Shown: one piece after another, positions 40,102 through 52,560 of the stretch
Layout of the letters: every line of letters starts with the position of its first letter
How positions within the stretch are numbered: the stretch's first letter is position 1
Assembly (NCBI RefSeq): GCF_046119375.1
Contig: NW_027362763.1
Location: forward strand, 108,128,001 to 108,192,000
DNA from: Phyllobates terribilis
Lineage: Eukaryota
DNA length: 64,000 nucleotides
Direction: 5' to 3'
Program-made: the position numbers and the translations under genes
The notes under the pieces: model-generated
The model's input: the letters and a program-made list of their open reading frames with translations, nothing else
Told to the model about the DNA's origin: nothing
The model's database searches: none

Positions 40102-40529
40102 AGGGGTTGTCCACTACTCAGACAACCCCTTTTCAATCAGCATATATCCCCCTTGTAAAGTCAAACCTATACTCACCTCCAATGCCGGCGTTGTTCCAGC
40201 GGAGTCGGCACTGGATCTCCCGTGGATCGCCTGCGGCCAATCAGTGGTCACTTAACTCTCCCTTCCTTCGGACGTACCATAATTGACATAAGGAGGAAAT
40301 AAGATCTGTGGTTGCCCTCTCACTTCCTTCTGTCTGATTTGTCCAAAGGCAGGGTAAGTGAAGCAGCCTTTGATTGGCTGCAGGGATTGCGTGACATAAC
40401 AATGTCATGCAATCACCGGGACAGCCAGTGCCAATACTGCAGACACCGGAGGTGAGTATAAATGATATTATATTTCAAGGAGAAAACATAGGGATTGAGA
40501 CAGACTTTTCCGAATTGTGGACAACCCTT
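40102..40529. mobile_element. T2/Kolobok-type MITE
   Basis: TTAA|AGGGGTTGTCC ... GGACAACCCTT|TTAA. Confidence 0.85.
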
Positions 40530-40533
40530 TTAA

Positions 40534-41898
40534 CCTCTTAAGGAGTGGTCCATTTTTCATTCTATTTTCCTCCAAAAGGCATATATTTTTTATCTTTCCT
40601 TGGATATAACGAGATCTCTTATTTTTTGCATGACAAGCTGTAGTTTTGAATGACACAGTTCATTTTACCACACAAGGTACTTTAAAATGGGGGGGGGGGG
40701 GGAAATCCATGTCTCGTGAAATTGAAGAAAAACTGAAAATGTCTCCTCTTTCAAAAAGTTAAAGGTGTTTTCCAGTTTTGGAAAAACCTGTTCCCCGGCT
40801 GCAGTTTGTTTTAAAAACCTAAATAAATCAAAACTGTCCTTTTCTCACCCTCACCAGGTCAAGCACTTTGTCTCCACCGCTGCTCCGGGTTTCTGTTATT
40901 ATCTACAGTGCTGACGTCTTGTCGACAGAGCTGCAGCCAATCAGTGAGCTCAACAGCTCTGCCTGAGCTGATGGCAGGAGACGCTGAGCTCACTGATTGG
41001 CTGCAGCTGTGTTGACGAGACATCAGCACTGCAGACAATAACATAAACCGGGAGCAACAACTGAGATCCAGCGCTAAACCTGGGAAGGGTGAGTAAAGAA
41101 CAGTATGATTTTTTTTAAAACAAAACTGCAGCAGAAGGACAGGGGTTTTCCAAAAATAAAATAATAAAAATTTCCCCAAAAATTTGGGCTTCAGTCATGA
41201 TATTTTGTGATTCATAATTTTTTTACATTTTTTAGTCAATAGAGGGTCTTGTTTTTTGCATAACGAGCTGTAGTTTTTATTGGAACCATTTTGGTGTCAA
41301 TGCGACTTTTTAATCTCGTTTCATTTCAATTTTAAGGGCATAAAACATCACAAAAAAAAACAGGGATTTTGCCATCTCAAATTTTTTTGTTTCGGCGTTC
41401 ACCATGTGGGAAAAATATTTTATTAGTTCGGGCAGTTACACATGCAGCAGAACCAAATGTGTACATTTTTTCTTAATTTTTAGTTTTTGCAATTCATGTT
41501 TGGGAAAAAGTATGGGGTGATTTAAATGGTTATATAGATTTTTTTAGGGTAAAAAAAATAGTTTTTAATTTTTTATAAGTTTTTTTTTTTTAGTATCCTT
41601 ATGAGACTTAAACCTGCTTGATCAAATATAAAATAAACTGCAATACTGCCATAGGCTGGGCTTCTTCACAGGCCATGGGAACCGACTGGCACATCGTGAT
41701 CTAGTCATGCGGGTGGCCGATGGCCTCTGGAGTAACGGTTGCCATGTTGGAAGCCTTTTAAATTCCGCTATCAAGAATGGCAGCAGCAATTAAAAGGTTA
41801 AACTGCTGTGATCAGCGCTCTCTCCCATGGCACTAGTAATTAATCTGCGGTGATGATGCACGTCCACCATACATGTACGGCGGCAGGGATCAAGGAGG
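40534..41898. mobile_element. TTAA-flanked piggyBac-like non-autonomous element containing a nested palindromic MITE (~40760-41155)
   Basis: TTAA|CCTC ... GGAGG|TTAA; similar T-rich internal sequence at ~24250-24960. Confidence 0.55.
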
Positions 41899-43428
41899 TT
41901 AAAGAGACATGAAACTGTCTAAAAGAAGAATTCTATGTGTTGCCTATAGCAACCAATCATGTTTCAGCTTTCATTTTTCAGCAGCACTGAGAAATGAAAG
42001 CTGCGCTGTGATTGGTTGCTATGGGCAACACAGACAGCTCTTCTCTTAAACAGTTTCACGAATCTCTCCATTATGTATATACGATATATACACATTCTGT
42101 CGGAACTATTATATAAACTATTATAATTTTAGGGACAGATATACACAACTTAGGGCCCCTTTGCCAAATCAGTGTGTGTCCCCTTTAATTAAAGGGTTAT
42201 TCCAAGACTGCCAATATTTTTCACAAAGCAGTATCTACATGACTAGAATAATTATACTATACAAGCCCATTATAAAGCTTCTTTTTTTTGTGCCATTATC
42301 TCTTTTTTTCATCTGTGATCCAGCTGCACAGAACTGAATGGGCGGTCCTGTTCTTACCTGCTAAAACTACATTTCCCATCACACCCTGCTTCTCCTCAGT
42401 AAAAATGCTGAGTGAACGGCTCACAACTGAGCCCATTGCAGATGAAACGAGTGCAACCCACCATTGCTGTGCCATTGCGGCACAGCTGGAACTTTTCCAT
42501 TTTCTGAATGCCACCGCCATCCCATCCTTAAACTAATGGGTGGAGGGTTGCAATGGACAACGTCTATGGTGAACGTCAGTCATAAGCGTGAAAACCGCCA
42601 ATCAGTACCACAGGAAGAACGAACCACTCACCAGTGGAATAGGGGATGGGTATGACGCCCCTGGTGACGTGCGGATCATCATGGGTCATAAGGGGGCACA
42701 TATGAATCACCCCCATCTCTTTGCCCTCAGCGTGTGCTGGGCCATCCCCTGTGCTACATCATGGTGGAGGCATCACCACTTCTTTTGTCTTGAGCAGTAA
42801 AGGGGTTAATAGTAAATTCATTAGGGGTCTAGGAATTTGATTTGGGGGCCTTCAGTAACCCCCCAAATATATATAGAAAAAGGCGGGCATAACCCAAATT
42901 TTTTATAGAAATCAACCTATTGCATTCGCGACAAACCATTTGAGAACACAAGAGAAAGAGTATGCAATACACAGGGATCTCTAAGAAGTCCCAACATTTA
43001 TTGATATAACAACAAACAAAAAAAGAAATATAAAAACATTTAAAAAGCCAAAAGGCTAAAAAAACAGCTTATAATAAAGCATGGGCATTTTCTGCTCCTG
43101 AAGAAGCCACACTTGTGGCGATACACGTGGGGTCTGTTCCACCTGCTACTTTAGTATCGCTGGCACAGGTCTTCAACGCATTGTCCTTTTTGGACCTGTC
43201 TACTTTGGTTCCATATTGAATTCCCTTTAAATGTGTTGCCTTATACGCAGTGTTGTATTTGGGCATTACAATAGAGTATTCACTCACTGTTATTTTTCAC
43301 TTTAATAGGCTGATGTTTCATCATGCCCATTTATTCATCTTCATATACACATTGACAATTTAATAATAATGTGTATATATGTGATCTTGTGTGATCTTAT
43401 TTAATTATGGTGTTGTATATGACTAAGG

Positions 43429-44707
43429 TGATGCGCCCCCTTGGCCGTTGGGTACTCGGTAGCCAGGCCGGTCGGTGCTGGGGATGTCACGGTGGCAGTG
43501 ACCTGGTCCGTGACCCAGGGTGGTCAATTAAAGGAAAAGGTAAAAGGGGAATAAAGTTTTTAGAGATAATGTTCGTGACGCCACCTGTGGTATGCAGCTA
43601 TATGTGGCCGCCGCTGCGGAGCAGGTCCTCTGGAGCTGATGGTGACGCAGCAGAGTTGGTTCAGCTCTCCACAGGCAGAGCTAAGCTCCAGGGCAGTGTA
43701 TGATGAATTGTGCAGGTAGATGTTGTTGGTGCGGTGAAATGCAGGACTGGTGGCACAGCAATTATTCACAGACACAGTGGGGTGCAGTCTTCAGGTTTTA
43801 CTCACAGTTCTTAAGGTCTCCAAGTTACAGTCAACGGTGTGCAACTGCCCACATCGTCCTGTGTCCTCCGGGGTAGTGATCCAGCAAACTCTCAGGCATT
43901 TCAGGAGCACTTAGACGGGACCCCGTTCTATGTACCGTTCCTGGTCGTCTCACTGTGCTGGCTCTCACCCTCCTGCCCTGCACCTCACAATCAGTGTCCC
44001 AAGCCAGTGTACTCGGGCTTGTCGGGCGACTTGCAATCCCCTGGACCCTGTGTGGCCACCTTTTCAGCGATATAATTGTGGGTTTTGGCTGCAACACCTT
44101 GAAAATGCTGCAGCCTCCAGTTGGCTAGCTGAGTCTGGTTGTTCTCCACTAGTTTTGTGGCCGGTCCCCTTCTGCAGCCTGATCCCTCCACGTCAGCGTG
44201 AATTGGGGCGCACGGGTGGCTTCTGCACTCACCGTGCCCCTGGGATCCCTTCTGTCTCTCTGGAGCCTGTCCCACTGCTCCTCTCTCCTCTTTCCTCACT
44301 TTCCTCCTGGGCCTCTCTCACTAGGCCCGACTCCTCTCTCTCTACTGAACTCCTGCTCCAAGCACTGGAGCCAGGAGCATGGACCCTTCTGCACTGCTCT
44401 CCCAAGCAGGACTGGAACCTTCTAAATGTTTCTCTCTGTCTTTTATACCCTTTCTGTCTGTGCTCCACTCAACTTCTTCCTCCACCCACACCCACTACAT
44501 GGTTCCCCCTCTCTTGGTTCCCCCCCTTCTAGCCAGGGACAGGGCTCAGCAGTGGACAAGTGCATCTTGCCCCTCCTGCTGGTCTGGAGTGGTGTAATGT
44601 TGGATGTAGGTGTGTGGTAGTACTCCGTCCTTACCTGAGAGTGGGGTACCACACCCCTGGGTGAGATGCAGTACCTCTGTGGCAACTGGACCTGCAGGGG
44701 CGCCACA
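43429..44707 (-). mobile_element. Solo Gypsy LTR (1279 bp)
   Basis: TGATGCGCCCC ... GGGGCGCCACA with an exact TSD AAGG at 43425-28 and 44708-11. Confidence 0.95.
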
Positions 44708-45441
44708 AAGGCAATCATTGCATTTCTGTGAGGGTTTCATTGCTTGTTCTTTTATCCTTTGGGGTTTTTAAATGTTTTTATATTTCTTTTTTTTGTCTTG
44801 TTGTTATATCAATAAAATTGTGTGACTTTTTAGAGATTCCTGTGTATTGCATACTCTTTCTCTTATGTTCTCAGAAGGCCCCCAATCGTCACTATCTTGC
44901 TGTTTGTCCCCATCCTTCATAGTCGAGGACAGTAATGAATACCATTCCTGGTGGTAAAGGGGTTAAAAGTAATGCAAAATCTTATAAATGTATGACAAAT
45001 GCTAAATAGCATAACCCAATAAGGCCCCTAATAGGCATTTCACGTATTTTTATTTCAAGTCAAAGTTTGGACCACCAACAATTTAAAAAAAAATTAGAAG
45101 CCCTGGAAAAAAACGTAAAATAAGAGAAAATACTAGACTTGTTTGGGGTTTTTCTTATAAGAGTGTTTCAAAGTCAGACCTCAAAAATGATCATGGACTA
45201 TCTTACCCCCTTCAGTTGCTATCAAATTTCTAGGATACCTGACCAAAGACTTCCATGATACCATCCACTGTGCCTGGTATAACACAAGGTCTGGTTGTCC
45301 ATACATCCAAGTAAGATTTACTGATGACCTAAAGAGTGGTCACTTCCAATCAAAATTGGTTCAAATTTACCTTTAAAAGTTTTACAATATTTTTTTTACA
45401 TGTTTCATAAACATGAAATTGTATTTTTTTTACTTCTCCAG

Positions 45442-45545
45442 TTAACATAACGGGGTCAATTACCTTGAATGAAACCTTTACAACAGATCTTCTAGACCCA
45501 ACCTCGGTAAAGTACCAAGGGATGTCAACCAATATAACGCTTTCA
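45442..45545 (+). CDS. ADGRF-like exon 5 (SEA domain, N-terminal part)
   Basis: ttctccag| ... |gtaagt, phase 1-0; VNITGSITLNETFTTDLLDPTSVKYQGMSTNITLS fits the SEA pattern L...F...L....S..Y. Confidence 0.92.
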
Positions 45546-46199
45546 GTAAGTATCTCCAACCTTATCCTGATTCCAGGAATTGTTGGTGCAAAAACGCCAA
45601 ATTTGTGCCGCCTACAAGGTAACCTCTCAGTATCACCAAAACAAAGTCAGCCATGAGGACCAGTTTTGGTGGTTGAGCTGTTGCAGGTATGACAAGACAT
45701 CGTATAAATGTCCTAAGTTGTCTACAATTTTTAATATACAATATTATACTTTTGCGAAATTGAAGAGCTTAAAATAGTAGACATGTCCACATTTCTTAAA
45801 GTGATTTTCTATCAAAATGTATTTTTAGAAAAATCTTTTAAAAGCACAGCATATGGATGACTTCTGCCAAGTTGTTTTTAGCAGTATCTGTACAGCCAGG
45901 ACACAGATGCCAATAATATAGATTTTGCTTGGACAATCCCACCAATTTAGCTAAAAGGGGTTTATGCAACTCTACCCTCGAAATGTCCATTCTTGGGGTC
46001 AATTCCGTAAGGATAGAGCTGAAATGTCTGGAATTTTTTTGAAGTATAAAAGTCTGGTTGCTGGAAATTATGTTAAATAAAATGGAAAAAAAATTGCCAT
46101 ATTTTTCTTAAATAGATTGACTATTTTACAATAGTTGGTAATTATTGGACATTCCAATATAGAAAAAAGTTTAACTTAGATTAAGGAGGGAAAGGAGAG

Positions 46200-47540
46200 A
46201 TTCTAAAAGGCAACATCTATGGGGTGTGATTTGGACACTGCTCATGTGGGCAGCATAACCTAGAGCTCCTGATTTCAAACCTCAAAGCGACTGAATTTCC
46301 AACATTAAGAAGAGAATAATTACATCTATGTGCATGGGAATCCCTAAGGAATCTTAAGATGAACTCGGCAGAAGATAAGGAGAAACAGCAGAGAGGGACT
46401 CCACACAAAGCAAGACAAGTGCCAAAAGTGACCGGGCACAACGTAAAGAGCTTCAGCAGAAACACAAGCTGAGTGCCATCTCTCCCATGTTGCCAACATC
46501 ACCTGAAAGTGAATCGGCCAACGCTCAGCAAGCCATGAGGTATCTGTCATCAGAAGAGAGTGGTACATGCAAATTTTGTAAAATGACAGAGAAACAAAAA
46601 GGACATGAATCCCTCTTCGGGTCCATTAAGGAAACAGACACAGATCTAGTTCAGACAATGACTCACCCTTTCCATCAAAAATCCAAAATAAGCAACTTTC
46701 CAGATGGGACAAAATAAAGGTTTTTAAAGAGGCTATGCAGATGGGCTTAAGCAATGTAGTGCATTAGAAATGGCCATTGAATCCATTAATCATAGAATGG
46801 ATAAAAATGAGAACAAAATCGACTAGCTCTTAAAGACAAGTGACAATATCACCAAAGACCAATATTCCCTGAAAAGAGGAGACCAAAGAACTGAGGTATC
46901 AGGTAGAGGATTTAGAGGACCACAACAGGCGCAACAACATCAAACTGATTGGGATCCCTGAAAGGGTATCACAGAGTAATTGGCTGAAATTTGCCAAGAA
47001 CTTACTAAAAAAGCTATCCTTGACATAGAAGACAGGGCTGACATAAATGACAGAATCCATCGCACTTCATTTCAAAGGAAATTACCTAAGGACGTGATCC
47101 AAAGACTCCACTACTTCCAGACAAAATTCCTCATTCTTACATTAAAGAAAATAGCCATCCACCAGCGCCATTACAAATCAGTCACCTGCACCACATTACA
47201 CGAGACTCATTACAGAGTAGTATCTAGGTGGTACTTCTTACCTATTAAAGTCCATAAAGCCTTCCCAAACCAATCCCACTGATGTTGGAGAAATTTTGTC
47301 CATCAAGGAGAAATACTCCACATTTTCCAGGAATACCCAACCCTCAATACCCTCCATATCAACACTGATTATGAGACTAACAACAAACAAGATAAAGCTC
47401 TCTAGACAAATGGTTCTTCTCTCCATGAGTCTTGAACACCTGACAGAAAAATCTAAATTAATCACTGTACATATACTTCTGGTGATAAAACACATCATTA
47501 CCACTACGTGGGGAAAAAACAGATCCATCAACTATCTCTG
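46200..47540 (+). mobile_element. Decayed L1 LINE 5' region with an ORF1 remnant
   Basis: ~46885-46970 translates LRYQVEDLEDHNRRNNIKLIGIPE, matching the L1 ORF1p motif LE(N/D)RSRRNNI...GIPE. Boundaries are approximate. Confidence 0.75.
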
Positions 47541-47589
47541 AAGTTGTTGATAAATTATTATTATTAACGGTCTTCAGCTTGATCTCGAG

Positions 47590-47905
47590 CCATGATGACT
47601 TGCTGGATGAACGATCTGTTAGATGATCGACCTTGTGCAAGCCTAGATAGGTCCACCAGGGTCTTCTCCGCTGTTATCATGACTGTATCAAGACATTAGG
47701 TTGCTGGTCTTCCTCTTCACCTTGTTCCTTCTATTCTTCCAACCATAATGGTGATCCTTGCTTCCAGTGACATGTCTGGCTTGATTTTTTCCAAAATTGG
47801 TTTGTTTGTTCTTCTTGCCATCCATGGTATTGATGACATCCTTCTCCAGCACTACAATTTGAAGGCGTTGGTTCTTCTTCTGTCTTGTTTCTTTATCGTC
47901 CAGGT
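47590..47905 (-). mobile_element. RTE/BovB-like LINE 3' fragment
   Basis: The minus strand gives RRTNAFKL*CWRRMSSIPWMARRTNKPILEKIKPDMSLEARI...GRIEGTR*RGRP, typical of the RTE RT C-terminus. Confidence 0.75.
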
Positions 47906-48394
47906 TTCGTTGATAAATTATCTCTACATAATTCTTATGAATTCAACAATGCAATAAATAATAGGTGGGAATTTTGGAATAACTGCTTCCCAATTAAGGT
48001 CTTTAAACGTTTCATGAAACAAAGAATTCAATAAACAATAAGATACATAAGATACATAAATACCAAATACTTTACCTATTCTATCAACTACCCAAAATGA
48101 CGTGAAACTATCCAAATGTACCATAAATTTCAAGTTTAACTATTGCATGCTGTTATCCATAGCAAATGAATTGTAATTATTGGTGTCAGACCTTTCTTTG
48201 CTGTTACATTCCCCCTATCCTTACCATTTCTTTGCTTATTCTGTGTACCTTATCCTCCTCTGCCACTCGAATCCCACCTTGTTTCCAGTTTATTATTAAA
48301 ATCAATTAAAATGATTGCCACAATAAAAGGCAACACCCAACTGTTGGTCCACAAATGCTGATTTATCACCCTATGCCCCTGGTGTCTCTTGCAG

Positions 48395-48453
48395 CTCCTG
48401 AATGCCTATACAAAGATCTGCAATCCTCTAAATGTGTCTGTGCTTGGTTTCAG
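48395..48453 (+). CDS. ADGRF-like exon 6 (SEA domain)
   Basis: tcttgcag| ... AG|gtaaaa, phase 0-2; LLNAYTKICNPLNVSVLGF. Confidence 0.9.
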
Positions 48454-48540
48454 GTAAAAAAAAATATAAAAATAAGAAATAAATGGCTCCAAAAAAGTTA
48501 ATTGATGTTGTTTAAAGATGTATACTGCTACTGTTCTAAG

Positions 48541-48671
48541 TCCAGGAAGCGTGGTTGCAATCTATAGGATGGTGGTTTCAGGTGCACTGTCCGCGTCTCA
48601 GATGTCATCAAGCAACACTATGGCTATACAATCAATTCCAGGCGCCATTTCATCACAGCTCTTAACAGCAG
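48541..48671 (+). CDS. ADGRF-like exon 7 (SEA GSVV motif)
   Basis: ttctaag| ... G|gtaaag after an 87-nt intron, phase 2-1; (S)PGSVVAIYRMVVSG... Confidence 0.92.
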
Positions 48672-48830
48672 GTAAAGACTGCAGATCATAGGCATTGGTA
48701 AAGCTTCAATTCCCCCTGTGAATAAATTCACTAAACGAGCTTCAAAAATTATATTACTTCACAAAACTAATATAATACATCATAGTATGTACATAATGAC
48801 TGCAAATGCAATACTCACTCTTTATACAAT

Positions 48831-50977
48831 AATATAACTACTATAATACTGCCCCTATGTCCAAGAATATAACTGCTATAATACTGCTCCTATATACAAA
48901 AATATAACTACTATAATACTGCCCCCTATGTTCAAGAATATAACTACTATAATACTGCCCCCATGAACAAGAATATAACTACTATAATACTGCCCCTTTG
49001 TACAAGAATATAACTACTATAATACTGCCCCCTATGTTCAAGAATATAACTACTATAATACTGCCCCCATGAACAAGAATATAACTACTATAATACTGCC
49101 CCTTTGTACAAGAATATAACTACTATAATACTGCTCCTATGTACAAAAATATAACTACTATAATACTGCCCCCTATGTTCAAGAATATAACTACTATAAT
49201 ACTGCCCCCATGAACAAGAATATAACTACTATAATACTGCTCCTATGTACAAAAATATAACTACTATAATACTGCCCCCTATGTCCAAGAATATAACTAC
49301 TATAATACTGCCCCCTATGTCCAAGAATATAACTACTATAATACTGCCCCCTATGTACAAGAATATAACTACTATAATGCTGCTCCTATGTACAAGAATA
49401 TAACTACTATAATACTGCTCCTGTGTACAAGAATATAACTACTATAATACGGCTCCTATGTACAAGAATATAACTACTATAATACTGCTCCTATGTACAA
49501 AAATATAACTACTATAATACTGCCCCCTATGTTCAAGAATATAACTACTATAATACTGCCCCCATGAACAAGAATATAACTACTATAATACTGCTCCTAT
49601 GTACAAGGATATAACTACTATGATACTGCTCCTATGTACAAGAATATAACTACTATAATACTGCTCCTATGTACAAGAATATAACTACTATAATACTGCT
49701 CCTATGTACAAGAATATAACTACTATAATACTGCCCCTATGTACAAGAATATAACTACTATAATACTGCCCCTATGTACAAGAATATAACTACTATAATA
49801 CTGCCCCATATGTACAAGAATATAACTACTATAATACTGCCCCCTATGTACAAGAATATAACTACTATAATACTGCCCCTATGTACAAGAATATAACTAC
49901 TATAATACTGCCCCATATGTACAAGAATATAACTACTATAACACTGCCCCTATGTACAAGAATATAACTACTATAATACTGCCCCTATGTACAAGAATAT
50001 AACTACTATAATACTGCCCCATATGTACAAGAATATAACTACTATAATACTGCTCCTATGTACAAGACTATAACTACTATAATACTGCCCCTATGTACAA
50101 GAATATAACTACTATAATGCTGCCCCATATGTACAAGAATATAGCTACTATAATACTGCTCCTATGTACAAGAATATAACTACTGTATTCCTGCCCCTAT
50201 GTACAAGAATATAACTACTATAATGCTGCCCCATATGTACAAGAATATAACTACTATAATACTGCCCCATATGTACAAGAATATAACTACTATAATACTG
50301 CCCCCTATGTACAAGAATATAACTACTATAATACTGCCCCTATGTACAAGAATATAACTACTATAATACTGCCCCATATGTACAAGAATATAACTACTAT
50401 AATACTGCCCCCTATGTACAAGAATATAACTACTATAATACTGCCCCTATGTACAAGAATATAACTACTATAATACTGCCCCATATGTACAAGAATATAA
50501 CTACTATAACACTGCCCCTATGTACAAGAATATAACTACTATAATACTGCCCCTATGTACAAGAATATAACTACTATAATACTGCCCCATATGTACAAGA
50601 ATATAACTACTATAATACTGCTCCTATGTACAAGACTATAACTACTATAATACTGCTCCTATGTACAAGAATATAACTACTATAATACTGCCCCTATGTA
50701 CAAGAATATAACTACTATAATGCTGCCCCATATGTACAAGAATATAGCTACTATAATACTGCTCCTATGTACAAGAATATAACTACTGTATTCCTGCCCC
50801 TATGTACAAGAATATAACTACTATAATGCTGCCCCATATGTACAAGAATATAACTACTATAATACTGCCCCATATGTACAAGAATATAGCTACTATAATA
50901 CTGCTCTTATGTACAAGAATATAACTACTATAATACTGCTCCTATGTACAAGAATATAACTACTGTATTCCTGCATA
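48831..50977. repeat. 35-36-bp intronic minisatellite (~60 copies)
   Basis: Unit aagaatataactactataatactgcccctatgtac. Confidence 0.97.
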
Positions 50978-51029
50978 TGATAAGATCTATCACATTCTTG
51001 ACCAAACTTAAGCTTTATTTTTTTTGCAG

Positions 51030-51257
51030 GAGTTGCATATATGGAGACTATTAACCAGGAAGTAAAATACTGGGACCCCATCCAGCTTATCTGTCAAATT
51101 AATGAGTCAATCAGTGCCGTGAACTGGTTTCTGACCGCCAGTAATGTCACCAATATGATTTATAGTGGTGGGAAGAACGTGAACATCACAATGCAGGTCC
51201 AGTTAGATAAGACCATCTCTTTTCTCATCATTAATAAGGCGGATCAATGGTGGGAAG
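51030..51257 (+). CDS. ADGRF-like exon 8 (Ig-like domain, first part)
   Basis: ttttttgcag| ... G|gtcagt, phase 1-1; IQLICQ...VNWF...LIINKADQWWEG contains the Ig C, W and L.I...D..G motifs. The second Cys is expected in the next exon, beyond the window. Confidence 0.88.
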
Positions 51258-51466
51258 GTCAGTGGCTACACTACATTTTTACACCCGACCCAAGTAACAG
51301 CCTAGTATAGTAGTCCCTGTGAATACTAAGGGTTGCTGGGGACCTTGAGACAGATTAGATCTGCTAAATTGTAATATTAGTTATATAAGAAGCATCTGGT
51401 TGACCACAGACGTGAACATCCAAGGTTAGTTCAGGAAGCTTTTTGGGACTACCGAAGTTACATAGG

Positions 51467-52150
51467 TTGAAGTAAGACATAGGTCCATCACGTTCAACCT
51501 TTCTCCATCAATTATACATTTTCTATTGCTAGATTATCTATAGCACACAATGCCATTGTTGTGAGAAAAGCATCCAGCCCTTACCTAAATATTGACACAC
51601 AGTAGTATCTGCCATTACTACCTCTTGTGGTAGGGTATACCACAGTCTGACTGCTCTCTCTGTAAAGAACCCTTTCCTATTTAACTGCCAAAATCACTTT
51701 TCCTCCATATTTAATGAATGTTCCCTGGTCCTGTGTAAGATCCGTAGAAGGAATAAATCATGTGGCAGTTCTTTGTATTGACCACACATGTATTTATACA
51801 TATAAATGAGATCCCCTCTTTGGAGTCTTTTTTTATAAGCTAAATAAAATAAATCAATCCAACTTTTCCAACCTCTCATCATATGAGAGACCTCCATCCC
51901 TAATCTAGTTGCCTGCTTTTAAACTGACTCTAACTTCCCAATATCCTTTTTAAAATGTAGAACCCAAAACTGGATTCCATATTCAAGATGTGATCTCACA
52001 AGGGATTTATTGAGGGTTAAACATTTATATTACAGGACTTTCTCTCTATTTTTTGTACACCCTAAAAATCTTGTTTGCTTTTGCAGCTACCGCCTGACAT
52101 TGAGCACCGCTGTTTAGCTTACTTGTAAGCAGATTACCCAAGTCCTTCTC
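51467..52150 (-). mobile_element. CR1 LINE 3' fragment
   Basis: ORF 51694-51897 reads QRGDLIYMYKYMCGQYKEL...TREHSLNMEE, like the CR1 ORF2 C-terminus RGDLI..YK....TRGH.L.LE. Confidence 0.8.
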
Positions 52151-52249
52151 CTTAGATGTCCTAGGTGTCCTTTAAGAATTGGATTTCACTAAATATGTGG
52201 TGGTGCCTAAATGTAGCCCCACAACTTAAATTGCAAAACTCCTTTTTCA

Positions 52250-52560
52250 TATACCCAAAATGTTAAGGAAGAAAAAAGTGGGCTATCTCGTGCCACTTAT
52301 TAGAGTTAGCTACCATAAAATTCTTGGTACTGGATTGTCCCCCACAGTCACCAGACCTCAACCCAATTGAACAATTGTGGGTAGAGTTGAAGAAAAAATT
52401 GTATACATACCCAAGTGAGTCGACCATGCACCAACTTTGGGAACGTGTAGAAGAGACCTGGGATCAGATTTCGGTGAGACATGTTTGAGTCTGATCGAGA
52501 TCGTGCCCAGAAGGATTCAGGCAGTGTCGAAAGCCAAAGGTGGATTTACAAAAAACTAAC
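52250..52560 (+). mobile_element. Tc1 transposase C-terminal fragment
   Basis: [18 protein letters not shown] ... PRRIQAVSKAKGGFTKN*. Confidence 0.8.

Noticed and set aside
43486-43583. A genuine tRNA gene or tRNA-derived SINE in the LTR
   Set aside because: Only the acceptor-stem ends match; there is no D arm, anticodon arm or B-box/T-loop. Reported as a mimic instead.
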